DNA from: Octopus bimaculoides
Lineage: Eukaryota
Direction of reading: 5' to 3'
Length of the DNA stretch: 39,531 nucleotides
Assembly: GCF_001194135.2 (NCBI RefSeq)
Contig: NC_068999.1
Location: forward strand, 24,597,065 to 24,636,595
Part shown: positions 10,916 to 21,684 of the stretch, piece by piece
Position numbering within the stretch: position 1 is the first letter of the stretch
Layout of the letters: every line of letters begins with the position of its first letter
The notes under the pieces: generated by a model
Databases searched by the model: none
What the model was told of the DNA's origin: nothing
What the model saw: the letters and a program-made list of their open reading frames with translations, nothing else
Made by a program: the position numbers and the translations under genes

Positions 10916-11405
10916 AAAACGCACGGGTACATTAGACGCACCCCCAATTTCAGCAACTCATATTCAGTATAAATGTTTTAGTGCATTAAAGCTGATGCAA
11001 GGCCCAAATTCGCATGTTTTCTTTTTCTCTGAGACATTTTCTTATATGCCATCGAGTACGGTATATCGATATATTGACATGATCTCAGAAACGCGATAAA
11101 TCTGAACTAAATTATTTTGCACCCGAATGCAGGTGATTTAATTTCTTTGGGTTGTGTCAGAAAATAATAATTGTAATCTACAAGATGCCTAATTATAAGT
11201 ACTTATTTTGAAATCGAGGATCTTGTTAAATTTCTTCCAACCACTTGAAGAATTTTAGTTTTCTCTGGTTGCTTTCAAATTTTCAAATTTTCTACTTTTG
11301 CATGCTGGTAACAAGAAATTAATAAAAAATAAGTTACAAACATTTAAAGTTAGGTAAATATAGCCATTCGAACAACTCCATTGACCATAGAGAGGAAGTC
11401 GAAAC

Positions 11406-11858
11406 TATTTGTTGTCATAGCAACTACAGTATATCGCTTTTTACTGCGTGTCGATGGTCATGTGTAGACGATAAGGGGATGAAAACACTACGGAAGCTTG
11501 AGTATTTTGTAAAAAGAATAAAAAAAAAATTAATGAGACAAAACAATTAATGAAAACGTATTTTTTCATGCTTTTTGAAAATGGAAGAAAACGATTCTTT
11601 ACTCAAATAAAAAGAATTTAAAGATATCGTGCTTATACATTACAAAAGTTTTTCGAATAGATCATATTTTTCGTACCTGCGGCGCCACATAAACTCGCAG
11701 AGATACGAATCCACTGTAGAACAATGAGTGTCAAAACACCGTTTATTCCATCGCCCCAAGGATTTGCTGTGTTGGTCCCGACTTGCGGGTTGACAAAATT
11801 TAACGTTGTGGTTCACTGTTTTACACCGATGGTACACAAATTTCCATGACAACAAATA
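11406..11858 (-). mobile_element. Merlin (IS1595/ISXO2-like) DNA transposon deletion derivative
   Basis: ORF 11640-11855 has KTVNH...VDSYLCEFMWRRRY...DLF..LL, the C-terminal signature of ISXO2/Merlin transposases. It is bracketed by the perfect 13-bp inverted repeat TATTTGTTGTCAT (11406-11418 / 11846-11858). Confidence 0.75.
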
Positions 11859-11977
11859 ATTTTAACTTTTGCTGTGTTAGCAATCAAGTCATTTGATTGA
11901 CTGAAATTACATAATTTTAAATGTTTGTAACATCTTTATTATTAATTTATAATTTGGATTTTTTCTGTCTATCTCTT

Positions 11978-12162
11978 GGCTGCGGCCATGCTGGGGTACC
12001 GCCTTGAAGAACTTTTAGTCGAATGAATCGTCCCCAGTATTTATTTTTTAAAGCCTGATACTTATTCTGTCGAACCTCTTTTTGCCGAACTGCTAAGTTA
12101 CAGGGACGTAAACACACTAACACCGGTTATAAAGCGGTGACGGGGGACAAACACAGACAGAA

Positions 12163-12255
<93 letters not shown>

Positions 12256-12463
12256 CATACATACACATATATATGTATATATATATATATATTAATATAT
12301 ACATACATAAACACACATAGATATATAGATAGCTACGACGGGCTTCTTTCAGTTTCCGTCTGCCAAATCCACTCACAAAGCTTTGATTGGCCTGAGGCTA
12401 TAGTAAAAGACACTTGCCCAAGGTGCCACGCAGTGGGACTGAACTCAGAACCATGTGGTTGGT
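11978..12463 (-). mobile_element. Near-full composite SINE with ungapped central (TA)n/(TG)n tract
   Basis: B module 11978-12160, microsatellite 12165-12330 and A module 12333-12463 (A box lost). Confidence 0.85.
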
Positions 12464-13145
12464 TTCTCAGAAAAAAAAAAGGAGAAAAATGAACACGATT
12501 TTTGTCATCAAAAAGTAAATCTACATCAAAAGTACATCTTTTCCTAACATTTAGGTGAAAATTTGAGAAAATTTTAGTGGTTGTAAGAATTTTAACATGA
12601 TCCAAAATCTGTATAAAGAAATGGTCTTCGAAAATACGAGACAAGAAACTTATCTTGTATTTTCAATGAGTTCACGTGGTGCAATGTGTTATTCTTTAGA
12701 AGAGTCGAGTAAATTCTCGATTGAGCTATTTATACTTCACATATTCCCCATACCTGCAACTTTCAACTAAATCAATTAATATTCTTTGATGATGACTTAA
12801 CATTATATTTAAGTGTAGCTGGACATTTGTAGGTCATGGTACTTTCAGTTTCCTTACTAGAAATTATTTATATGAAAGTTGGTGAACATCGGGAAAAGTT
12901 TTCTATGTAAATATTTTAGAGTGAGAGGAAGTATGTCGATTCTACTCCCGATTGTGAAAGGAAGTAAAAAAAAATAAAAAAATAAAAAAAGAGCAACAAT
13001 GAATGAATAGATGGAATTGTTGATAGTTCAAACTTTAGTACTCGAAATGGTAGGATCAGTTCAACTTTTGACCTTAGTAAATTGCATACATAAACACATC
13101 TAAACATATTCAGGTCTTCTGCCCTACCAGTGTTTACAACAGCTC

Positions 13146-13426
13146 TCAGTTAACCTGCTCATACCGACCCCTCTCAGCTGCTTCTAAACTCGAGCAAATC
13201 AGACGTTGATCAATGTTTGTTTCTGGTAGCTAGCACTCTTTATCACTTGTCTACTTTAGTAAATGGCAAATCAAAACAAAAAGAGAAAGAACTGAGGAAT
13301 GAAGAAAAGAAGGAAGGAAAATTATCAACAAAGGCAAATGAATTTCTTTCTTTAACTTGTTGCACTCTTTTTTTCTGTCGTCTTCACATTTAAGAGCTGA
13401 TAACTGTCAAGTGCAGAATGGTGAGT
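13146..13426 (+). promoter_or_regulatory. Candidate TSS (TCAGTT) and first exon ending ATG|GTGAGT
   Basis: Inr-like TCAGTT at 13146-13151, ATG at 13418-13420 and a consensus donor GTGAGT at 13421-13426, all in a repeat-free stretch. Motif evidence only. Confidence 0.3.
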
Positions 13427-14004
13427 GATTACCTCAACAAACAGAAAACATTGGCCAATCAACATGACACCTTGCCAAGGAAACTAACACGAAACGAAGA
13501 CGTCAGTCTCGGTAGAGCTACAGGCTAGAAGCTATTATGGTGTTGTCAACATGGTTCTAAAGATATGCAAAGCAAGTGTGACAACCATCGACACACATCT
13601 AAACGTAAAACGTCTGTGATGGACGTTCAGCCATTTTACCTTCTCTGAACATTAACAATGAAACGTTCACCCCTCTGACTCTAGATCTGCGCTTTCCTAC
13701 CACTTGAGTTTGTTTAAATTTAGGTTGTTTGTACATGTTGTAGTTAGGTGGGGTGTAACTACGTGTGTGAGGGCCGAGTAGAAAGGTATGTAATAGTATC
13801 ATAGCAAGCATTTTGTTAAGTATAGGCTACCATACTTGAGGTGATGAGCCGAAAATAATTCTTTAATTAATCGAAACTGTAACTCTAATAAGGTAAAAAG
13901 TTATTAGGGTTAATGAAAATTTGTTCTCGGACGGAGTTAGATGGAGAATTCCCGAAATTCAATCAGCTAAAAATTAATTTTAATGGAAATATGCAGAGAG
14001 GTAA

Positions 14005-14105
<101 letters not shown>

Positions 14106-14142
14106 TTGTGACACACGCGCGCGTACGTGTGTGTAGGGTGGG

Positions 14143-14352
14143 TGTTTGACCCCCACCACTGCTTGACAACCGGTTTTTGTGCTTTTACATCCTCGTCAGT
14201 TTGCGGTTCAGCAAAATAGACCGATAAAATAAGTACCCGGCTTAAAAAGAAAATAGGTGCTGGGGTCGATTAGTTCGACTAGAATTCCTTAAGGTGGTGC
14301 CGAAGCATGGCCGCAATCTAATGACTGAAACAAGTAAAAGAATAAAAGAAAG
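14143..14352 (+). mobile_element. SINE family B module
   Basis: CACTGCTTGACAACCGG...GGGGTCGATTAGTTCGACT...GCATGGCCGCAATCTAATGACTGAAACAAGTAAAAG. Confidence 0.8.
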
Positions 14353-15592
14353 AAGTTAAATTTTTGTCAAGCCGCCAAATTCCCGAAGAGTGAACAACTG
14401 ATTGTGGAAGGTGTAAGTTCATTTAAGGGAAGAGTATATTGTGAGAAACTTTGATGCTTTTGTAACTTGTCACCGATATTATATCTAGTTTCTAAGGTGA
14501 GCCACTGCAACTCTCTTGACTGATTATGGTCGTAGTTTATTAGAAGGCTCCCCCATTTTCATATACGCCAACTTCCTAAAATGGCTCATAAATCTACTCT
14601 AGGCCATTGTTTAACTGTTCAATCCTTGACTATCGTATTACAAAGATAAGAAAACAATTTACGTTTGCACATTAAACATGATACAGAAAACTTTATCCGT
14701 TCAGAGTGTCATGTACGTATATGATCATTGAGCTGACCTGCTGAGCGAATGACTCAACTACAAATAGCTGAGAAGAAAGAACAAGTTTCCAAAATATATG
14801 CAGTTATCTATCAGTAATTGAGATTGTTTTCTTCTGTGCGAGTAACCGACTATACAAAACACTGCATATCTAAATAATACTAAAATTGAAATTTTTGTTT
14901 GCTTGCATGTTTGTTCCTTGATGTTAGACTATAATACGCATTATGGTGATAAAATGTTTCAACTCATAGACATAAAATCATGTACCAGAAAAAACTGAAG
15001 AGAATTTGACTCTTAGAAGCCTAAAATTAAAAGAATTTTGTTTATTATCATGGCAACATTCAGCAAAAGATTGTCGCCATCTCTGACAACAAAGAAAACT
15101 AAAAGAACGCGCAGAATCTCACAGATACAAACACATGCAACTTGTAGACAAAGAGACAAAGTATTCATAATACGTATTCATGGACACACACACACGCGCA
15201 ACTCTTAAATACAATGATAAAGCATTCATAATATAAGCATATGAACATATACAAATGAAAAGAACACGTATATAGGTGGGAAAAGATGCATACAAACGCG
15301 CGCGAACACACACGCACACATACGCTCACGCACTCATACACACAAAGGCATAGCCGTGCATACATATAAGATTCACACAGAAGGATGACTTTCAAAAAGA
15401 TCAACATACATGCACATAAACACATGCACACACGCACACATACACACAAATGCACGGGCACTTACATACGCACACACGTGCATGGGCACATACAAACACT
15501 CCGGTCTGTAAAAAAGCAGACATCGGTTCTCATTCTGTCTTGAAACTCTGTTTGCCTGTCTGTCTGTGTGTCTGTCTGTCTGTCTGTCTGTC

Positions 15593-15637
<45 letters not shown>

Positions 15638-15813
15638 ACGCTTCTTTCAGAACTCATCACCGTCTTTATTTCTCTACTTCTCGCTCTTGATTTCTTTTTC
15701 CCATCTCATTCTCTCTCTTACGGAGAGATAAAAAGATATAAAAATTATATATATATACATATATATATAATAGAAATAGGTTTCAAAGAGAAAAGAGACT
15801 ACACGTGGTATAA

Positions 15814-16765
15814 ATAAGTGAAAAGTAAAAAGAAAAAAGAGAAAATGCACATTGGATATAAAAAATAAAGGCTTTTGCATGAAAAGTAACGATAAATAAA
15901 TGATAATTCGATGAACGGAGGTAGAATTAAGAAGTATAGAAGTCATTATTTTGAATTGTTAAAGAGATTCAAAGTCATACCGGTATCGTCAAAAGCTATT
16001 CACTTGCTTTGAATGAGCACCGATTTCCAAACGGTGTCGGGTATACTAGTCCCTGAGTGAAAAGATTGTATGCAAGAGAGGTAAGCAGCTCTGGAAGTGG
16101 TGCAATTAGGGTAGATATAATACTGTAATTTGAATGGTGTATGGGATGTATGGAAATTAGTGGTATTATTGGTAAAGTTAGTAGTGTCCTGTATAATGTT
16201 TTATGTTCATGTTGAGTTGTGGATTATATTTATTAATAAAAGTTGCCTCTTTATTCATTCTTTGCTATACTGAGGTGTTCTGTGAATATTGATAGAAAGG
16301 GAAAATTAGGAAGTTCGGTTTAAGGTTCCTAGCACATCTTTCTATGTGTTTACTGACCCGTATCTGTCTGTATTGTGCGTAGCGGATTTGTTCTTTGTGA
16401 AGAGTTGTTCTTCGTTGGAGTGACATTCCTGTTTGGCCAATATAGTGATTAAGCAGGCTTTCGAGGCACAGGTGAAATTTGATTTTATCTTAAATATTTC
16501 ACCTTATTTAAAATGGAGCTCTGTACTCTCCAAAAAGTGGGGGCATGTGCCACAGTTAGGCTACCCGCATTTTTTCAAGCCAGTGAACAGCTTTTGACAA
16601 TGCCGGTATGATTTTGGATCTCTTTAACAATTCAAATTAATGACTTTTATACCTCTTAATTCTACCTCAGTTCATCTAATTGTATATATTTATCGTTACT
16701 TTTCATAAAAAAGCCATTATTTTTTATATCCAATGTGCATTTTCTCTTTTTCTTTTTACTTTTCA

Positions 16766-16770
<5 letters not shown>
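15814..16770 (-). mobile_element. 5'-truncated Penelope-like element with ~200-bp inverted terminal (pLTR-like) repeat
   Basis: 15814-16013 is the reverse complement of 16574-16770 (manual alignment, high identity). Between them the minus strand encodes KKCG*PNCGTCPH..KIKSNFTCASK/../HYIGQTGMSLQRRTTLHKEQIR...VSKHIERC...FLIFPFYQ...KYNPQLN. Confidence 0.85.
16210..16577 (-). pseudogene. PLE Cys-rich linker plus GIY-YIG endonuclease, disrupted
   Basis: YIGQT motif present, the xIY half is deleted, and there are in-frame stops. Confidence 0.8.
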
Positions 16771-16812
<42 letters not shown>

Positions 16813-16960
16813 NNNNNNNNNNNNNNNNNNNNNNNNNNNNNNNNNNNNNNNNNNNNNNNNNNNNNNNNNNNNNNNNNNNNNNNNNNNNNNNNNNNNNNNN
16901 NNNNNNNNNNNNNNNNNNNNNNNNNNNNNNNNNNNNNNNNNNNNNNNNNNNNNNNNNNNN

Positions 16961-17066
<106 letters not shown>

Positions 17067-17086
17067 CACACACACACACACACATA

Positions 17087-18357
17087 CACAAAGGGCGATG
17101 GGTAAATTGTCGTCTAAATTATGCAAAAATGAAAATAACACTGATATCGCATTTTAACAGATATATTTACCAAAATTATATTAAAATATCTTGAGATACT
17201 AAAGAGTAAATTTATTCAATAAAATCGCCATTGGCTTCAACCACGGCCTCCAGACGACTTTGGAATCTCCTGCAACTCTTCTGGTTTAAGTTGGTGAATG
17301 CTGCTATAATCATTGCCTTCAATTCATCTTTGGTGTTACAAGGAGTTTTGTTGGTCCCTCGCTCAATTGCACCCCACACATAATATTCAAGGGGGTTGCA
17401 GTCTGGAGAGTTAGGTGGCCAGATGTTAGGGGTAATGTGGTCGCAGAAATTGTCTGACAGCCATTCCTGGGTTCTCTTGTTTGTGTGGCATGGCGCAGAG
17501 TCCTGTTGCCAGACATAGGGTCTTCTAGTAGCCACTCTCTTCATCCAGGGCAGCACTACCTCCAGGCACTTGATGTAGGCCTCCGTGTTGAGTTTGAGGC
17601 CGTGTGAGAAGATGATTGGAAGCATAACGTCGCCATCTCTAGTGATAGCTCCAAGCACCGTGATGTTGAGTGAATGTTTGATTTTTATCACTTTCGGTAC
17701 ATGTTTTGGGGGCACGGCAAGCAAGCGGTTGTTCTGTGTGTTCACCATCTGATGTCGCCTGAGAAAAATCAAAGCATGTTCGGTTGGAGGGGATGCTTGA
17801 GTTTGTTCAAAAGCTTTGTAGCGCAGTCTTTCCTCTTGTCCTTGATGGATTGGGATAAAAAGTGTCCCTTTCTCATCTTGTATGAGAAATACCGAATGTT
17901 TTCATGCAGCTTGATAACGAACTAAGATACTCCTATGTCCCTGGCGATGGACCTGATTGACTGGGAGGTATCATTGTCAATCATGGCCTGGATCTCACCC
18001 AAAAAATTCAGTTCTTTTCTTATCAGAATGATCAGAGTGAGTTTTCCGAGCTGCCATACCTTCGTAATCACCATTGGACTCATCCAACTCTTTTCGAATC
18101 CTCTGCACCGTCGTCAGATTGACAACCAAACACTCTGAAATGTTTGTATTGGAGCATCCGGCTCGAATGCCAAGCAGTACAACATGTAGTTTCCAAATTT
18201 CTAACAGAGTGAATTGCGTTATGATGCTGTTTTTTTCTCACAGAGAGTGCTCAACTCACCCTACTATACTGTGTAGTCGACGAAATCAGAAACAAACAAT
18301 GCGCATAAACGAAATTAAAAATATGAAGTGGCGACAATTTACCCATCGCACCCAGTG
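17087..18357 (-). mobile_element. Tc1/mariner DD37-class (maT-like) transposon, full length but dead
   Basis: Perfect 18-bp TIR core GCGATGGGTAAATTGTCG (17095-17112 / 18332-18349). Both ends abut TA-containing microsatellite sequence. Confidence 0.9.
17212..18222 (-). pseudogene. DD37(D/E) mariner transposase pseudogene
   Basis: WQQDSAPCH...WPPNSPDCNPLEYYVWG with 37 residues between D and E. Upstream frames give HTH-like SNTNISECLVVNLTTVQRIRK and SIRSIARDIGVS. The first catalytic D (FSDE) is deleted and stop codons are present. Confidence 0.9.
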
Positions 18358-18746
18358 TGCATGTATGTATATATGTATATACATACATACACACATACAA
18401 ACATACATACAAACATATNNNNNNNNNNNNNNNNNNNNNNNNNNNNNNNNNNNNNNNNNNNNNNNNNNNNNNNNNNNNNNNNNNNNNNNNNNNNNNNNNN
18501 NNNNNNNNNNNNNNNNNNNNNNNNNNNNNNNNNNNNNNNNNNNNNNNNNNNNNNNNNNNNNNNNNNNNNNNNNNNNNNNNNNNNNNNNNNNNNNNNNNNN
18601 NNNNNNNNNNNNNNNNNNNNNNNNNNNNNNNNNNNNNNNNNNNNNNNNNNNNNNNNNNNNNNNNNNNNNNNNNNNNNNNNNNNNNNNNNNNNNNNNNNNN
18701 NNNNNNNNNNNNNNNNNNNNNNNNNNNNNNNNNNNNNNNNNNNNNN

Positions 18747-19162
18747 ATATATATACATCACTAAAGTGAACAAGGGCATTGATCAGCACGAGTATTGCTA
18801 GAAATAAGAAAACACAACTCAATGGCCAACAAAAACACTATCTTAATGAGCTGACAAGGGAGACAAGCTCCTTATGGTTGCAGATACAGCCAGATCATCG
18901 ATGATTTCTTGTTCTGATGCTTAATGCATCTTAACACTCATCAGTGGCTCTCACCGCGCCTAGGGTTAAAATCAGCTCACCTTGTTAGCTTATAAGATTT
19001 CCGTTCAGATCATACGCTGATTTCAAAAACGGTAAAAGACAAAATTATAAATATTATGGAAATATTATGGGTGGCTAAGTCACAATTTTACAACCTAAAC
19101 GCAAAATATATACGTCACTAAGGTGAATAAGGGTACAAATTAACACTAGTGTTGCTAGAAAT
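18747..19162 (-). mobile_element. Hammerhead-containing non-coding element (retrozyme/pLTR-like), copy 1
   Basis: 357-bp period (ATTGCTAGAAAT at 18794 and GTTGCTAGAAAT at 19151), ~60-bp terminal direct repeats, and colinear homology to 32982-33392. Confidence 0.8.
18880..18958 (-). ncRNA. Type I hammerhead ribozyme with intact core
   Basis: AGCCA-CUGAUGA (18944-18938)-stem II (GUGUU-AA-GAUGC-AUUAA-GCAUC-AG-AACAA)-GAAA (18908-18905)-UCAUCGAUGA-UC, cleavage between 18893 and 18892, then UGGCU. Confidence 0.85.
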
Positions 19163-19610
19163 CAGAGTCCTCTGATTAAGATAGTGCTTTTGTTGACTAT
19201 TGACTTGTTTTGATGCTTATTTCTAGCAATACTGGTGTGCTGATTAGTGTCCTTGAGAGAGAGAGAGGGAGAGAGAGAGAGAGAGAGNNNNNNNNNNNNN
19301 NNNNNNNNNNNNNNNNNNNNNNNNNNNNNNNNNNNNNNNNNNNNNNNNNNNNNNNNNNNNNNNNNNNNNNNNNNNNNNNNNNNNNNNNNNNNNNNNNNNN
19401 NNNNNNNNNNNNNNNNNNNNNNNNNNNNNNNNNNNNNNNNNNNNNNNNNNNNNNNNNNNNNNNNNNNNNNNNNNNNNNNNNNNNNNNNNNNNNNNNNNNN
19501 NNNNNNNNNNNNNNNNNNNNNNNNNNNNNNNNNNNNNNNNNNNNNNNNNNNNNNNNNNNNNNNNNNNNNNNNNNNNNNNNNNNNNNNNNNNNNNNNNNNN
19601 NNNNNNNNNN

Positions 19611-19699
19611 TGCAGTACGCACGTTTCATGCTACTCCATTTATTTAAGTAATGCGAGCATTACATTAAATGCAATATGTAGAGCAATCTTCAGCTGCAC
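19611..19699 (-). ncRNA. Type I hammerhead ribozyme with long stem II and intact core
   Basis: GUGCAG-CUGAAGA (19693-19687)-long imperfect stem II capped by GUAAUGC-UC-GCAUUAC-GAAA (19627-19624)-CGUGCG-UA, cleavage between 19616 and 19615, then CUGCA (runs into the N-gap). Confidence 0.75.
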
Positions 19700-20424
19700 G
19701 AAAATGCAGAAAATTACAGTAGAATAGACATATTATAATTGTGGCAACATTTCAAATCCAAGTGGGAGGAAGAATACATAAAATCCATCTTGACATAGCC
19801 AAGTCTATCAGGCTAGTAATTGGTTCTAGGCAAAAATTCTAACTGTCTCTGATTTTATTGTCTCTTATCTAGTAGTAATAGTATAAGGGACAATCACTTC
19901 TAAGGAAAGGGAAGGTGTAAGCATTATGCATGGACATGGCTATAAAGGAATATGGTTTAGACAAGAGTTTAAATTTATACATATGTACATACATATATAT
20001 ATAATGAGACATATATGCGCGCGTGTGTGTATTTATACAGATTCATACATTTTGAAAATCGAAACCAAATGACAGTTTTATCTTCGTGGGAGTCTCTCTT
20101 CAATATTTGTAATTTCTTAAATAATACGGTTAAGTAAACTCCCTCCTATCCGACACCAGCGGGACCGGAGCGCTGCCGGATAACTAATGCTTCCTGATAC
20201 CTGATCATCACGTTTTATATTACCATAGCACTTTACAAAACCCATTAACACTCTACATACATAGAGATCAGCATTATCGTTTATATAGTGAATATAGCAG
20301 AAATGAAATATAAAGAAATAAAAGCATAAAGTAAGAACAAATTGTGTTAACTTCAGAAAATACTGTTACTATAAATGTTGTAAAAGAGAAATACTGCATG
20401 GTGGACCGCTTTATTTTCTCTTAT

Positions 20425-20470
20425 TCGTTTCTGTTGAAGAGCGTAGTCTCGAAACGTAAAAGACTTTTTC
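20425..20470 (+). ncRNA. Weak minimal hammerhead-like motif
   Basis: CTGTTGAA-GAG-CGTAGT-CTC-GAAA-CG-TA with palindromic ACGT stem III. The core deviates from CUGANGA. Confidence 0.3.
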
Positions 20471-20531
20471 ATTTTCCTGAGCGTCAAACTAATACTCTTG
20501 CTTGTTGTTCATACACCTGTCTTCGTCTTTT

Positions 20532-20573
<42 letters not shown>

Positions 20574-20802
20574 TACATAGTTGACAGATGAGATCCAGAG
20601 ATTCTCCGTATAGAAGACAGTAGAGTTGAAAAGATTCAAGCTTAGACTCCGATGTCTTTACAGGGGATCATTCTATAAGGTAAAGAAAGGCTATAAGGGG
20701 GATCAGGTTGAGCGGGTATAGAAGCAATCATTGAGATAAGCAAATTAGACACATCGAATATATTAAATATATTAGGTTGGGTATGAAATGAGTGGTAAGA
20801 AG

Positions 20803-20952
20803 CTTTGGGGTCGATTTGTTCGACCAAAGGCGATGCTCCAGCATCGCCTTTGAGAAAAAAAGAATAAAAGAATATATATATTATATTTTCTTATTCGTTT
20901 CAGTCATTTGACAGCGCCCGTGCTGGAGCACCGCCTTTAGTCGAACAAATCA
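20803..20952. mobile_element. Two tail-to-tail family B SINE fragments
   Basis: GGGGTCGATTTGTTCGACCAAAGGCG (+) and GTGCTGGAGCACCGCCTTTAGTCGAACAAATC (-). Confidence 0.7.
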
Positions 20953-21194
20953 ACAAATACATATATATATANNNNNNNNNNNNNNNNNNNNNNNNNNNNN
21001 NNNNNNNNNNNNNNNNNNNNNNNNNNNNNNNNNNNNNNNNNNNNNNNNNNNNNNNNNNNNNNNNNNNNNNNNNNNNNNNNNNNNNNNNNNNNNNNNNNNN
21101 NNNNNNNNNNNNNNNNNNNNNNNNNNNNNNNNNNNNNNNNNNNNNNNNNNNNNTATATGTGCGTGTGTGTGCGTGCGTGTATGTATGTTTACCC

Positions 21195-21403
21195 CCACCC
21201 CCACCCACTACCGCTTGACAATCGGTATCGGTGTGTTAACGTCCCCGTAACTTAGCGGTTCAGCAAGTCTGACCGACAGAATGAGTACCAGGCTTAAAAA
21301 ACAAATAAGTACTGGGGTCGATTCATTCGATTAAAAATTCTTCAAGGCGGTGCCCCAGCATGGCTGAAGTTTCACAACTGAAACAAGTAAAAGGCAAAAG
21401 AAA
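21195..21403 (+). mobile_element. SINE family B module
   Basis: CTACCGCTTGACAATCGG...ACTGGGGTCGATTCATTCGA...GAAACAAGTAAAAG. Confidence 0.85.
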
Positions 21404-21684
21404 AGATGCCGGCTGCTTGAGAGTTCCGGTTATTTGAATATCAGATAAGCGAGAGTTTACTATATAACATTTAAAAGGGAGTGGCGTAAATAGTTGAATC
21501 AATCTCTAGTGTACTTTTTTGCTTTGTTTTTTTGTTTTTTTAAAAATATATAATGGACACAGATATGATTACATTGATGTCAATACCGCAGTATTTCAAC
21601 TCACATTGCAAATAACCGTAAGTAAATACTAGAAACCATTTACATCACCATTCTACTGTTTCAGCAACTCAGCGTCATTCTCAG

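Noticed and set aside
10925-10950. ATTAGACGCACCCC pogo-like subterminal motif
   Set aside because: Too short, with no TIR partner.
11218-12603. 28-bp inverted match (25/28) at 11218-11245 and 12576-12603
   Set aside because: Probably two fragments of a dispersed repeat; no TSD or terminal structure defines an element.
15975-16000. UUGACGA-UACCGGUA in the Penelope inverted repeat as a hammerhead
   Set aside because: No downstream GAAA, and the motif is not conserved in the second arm.
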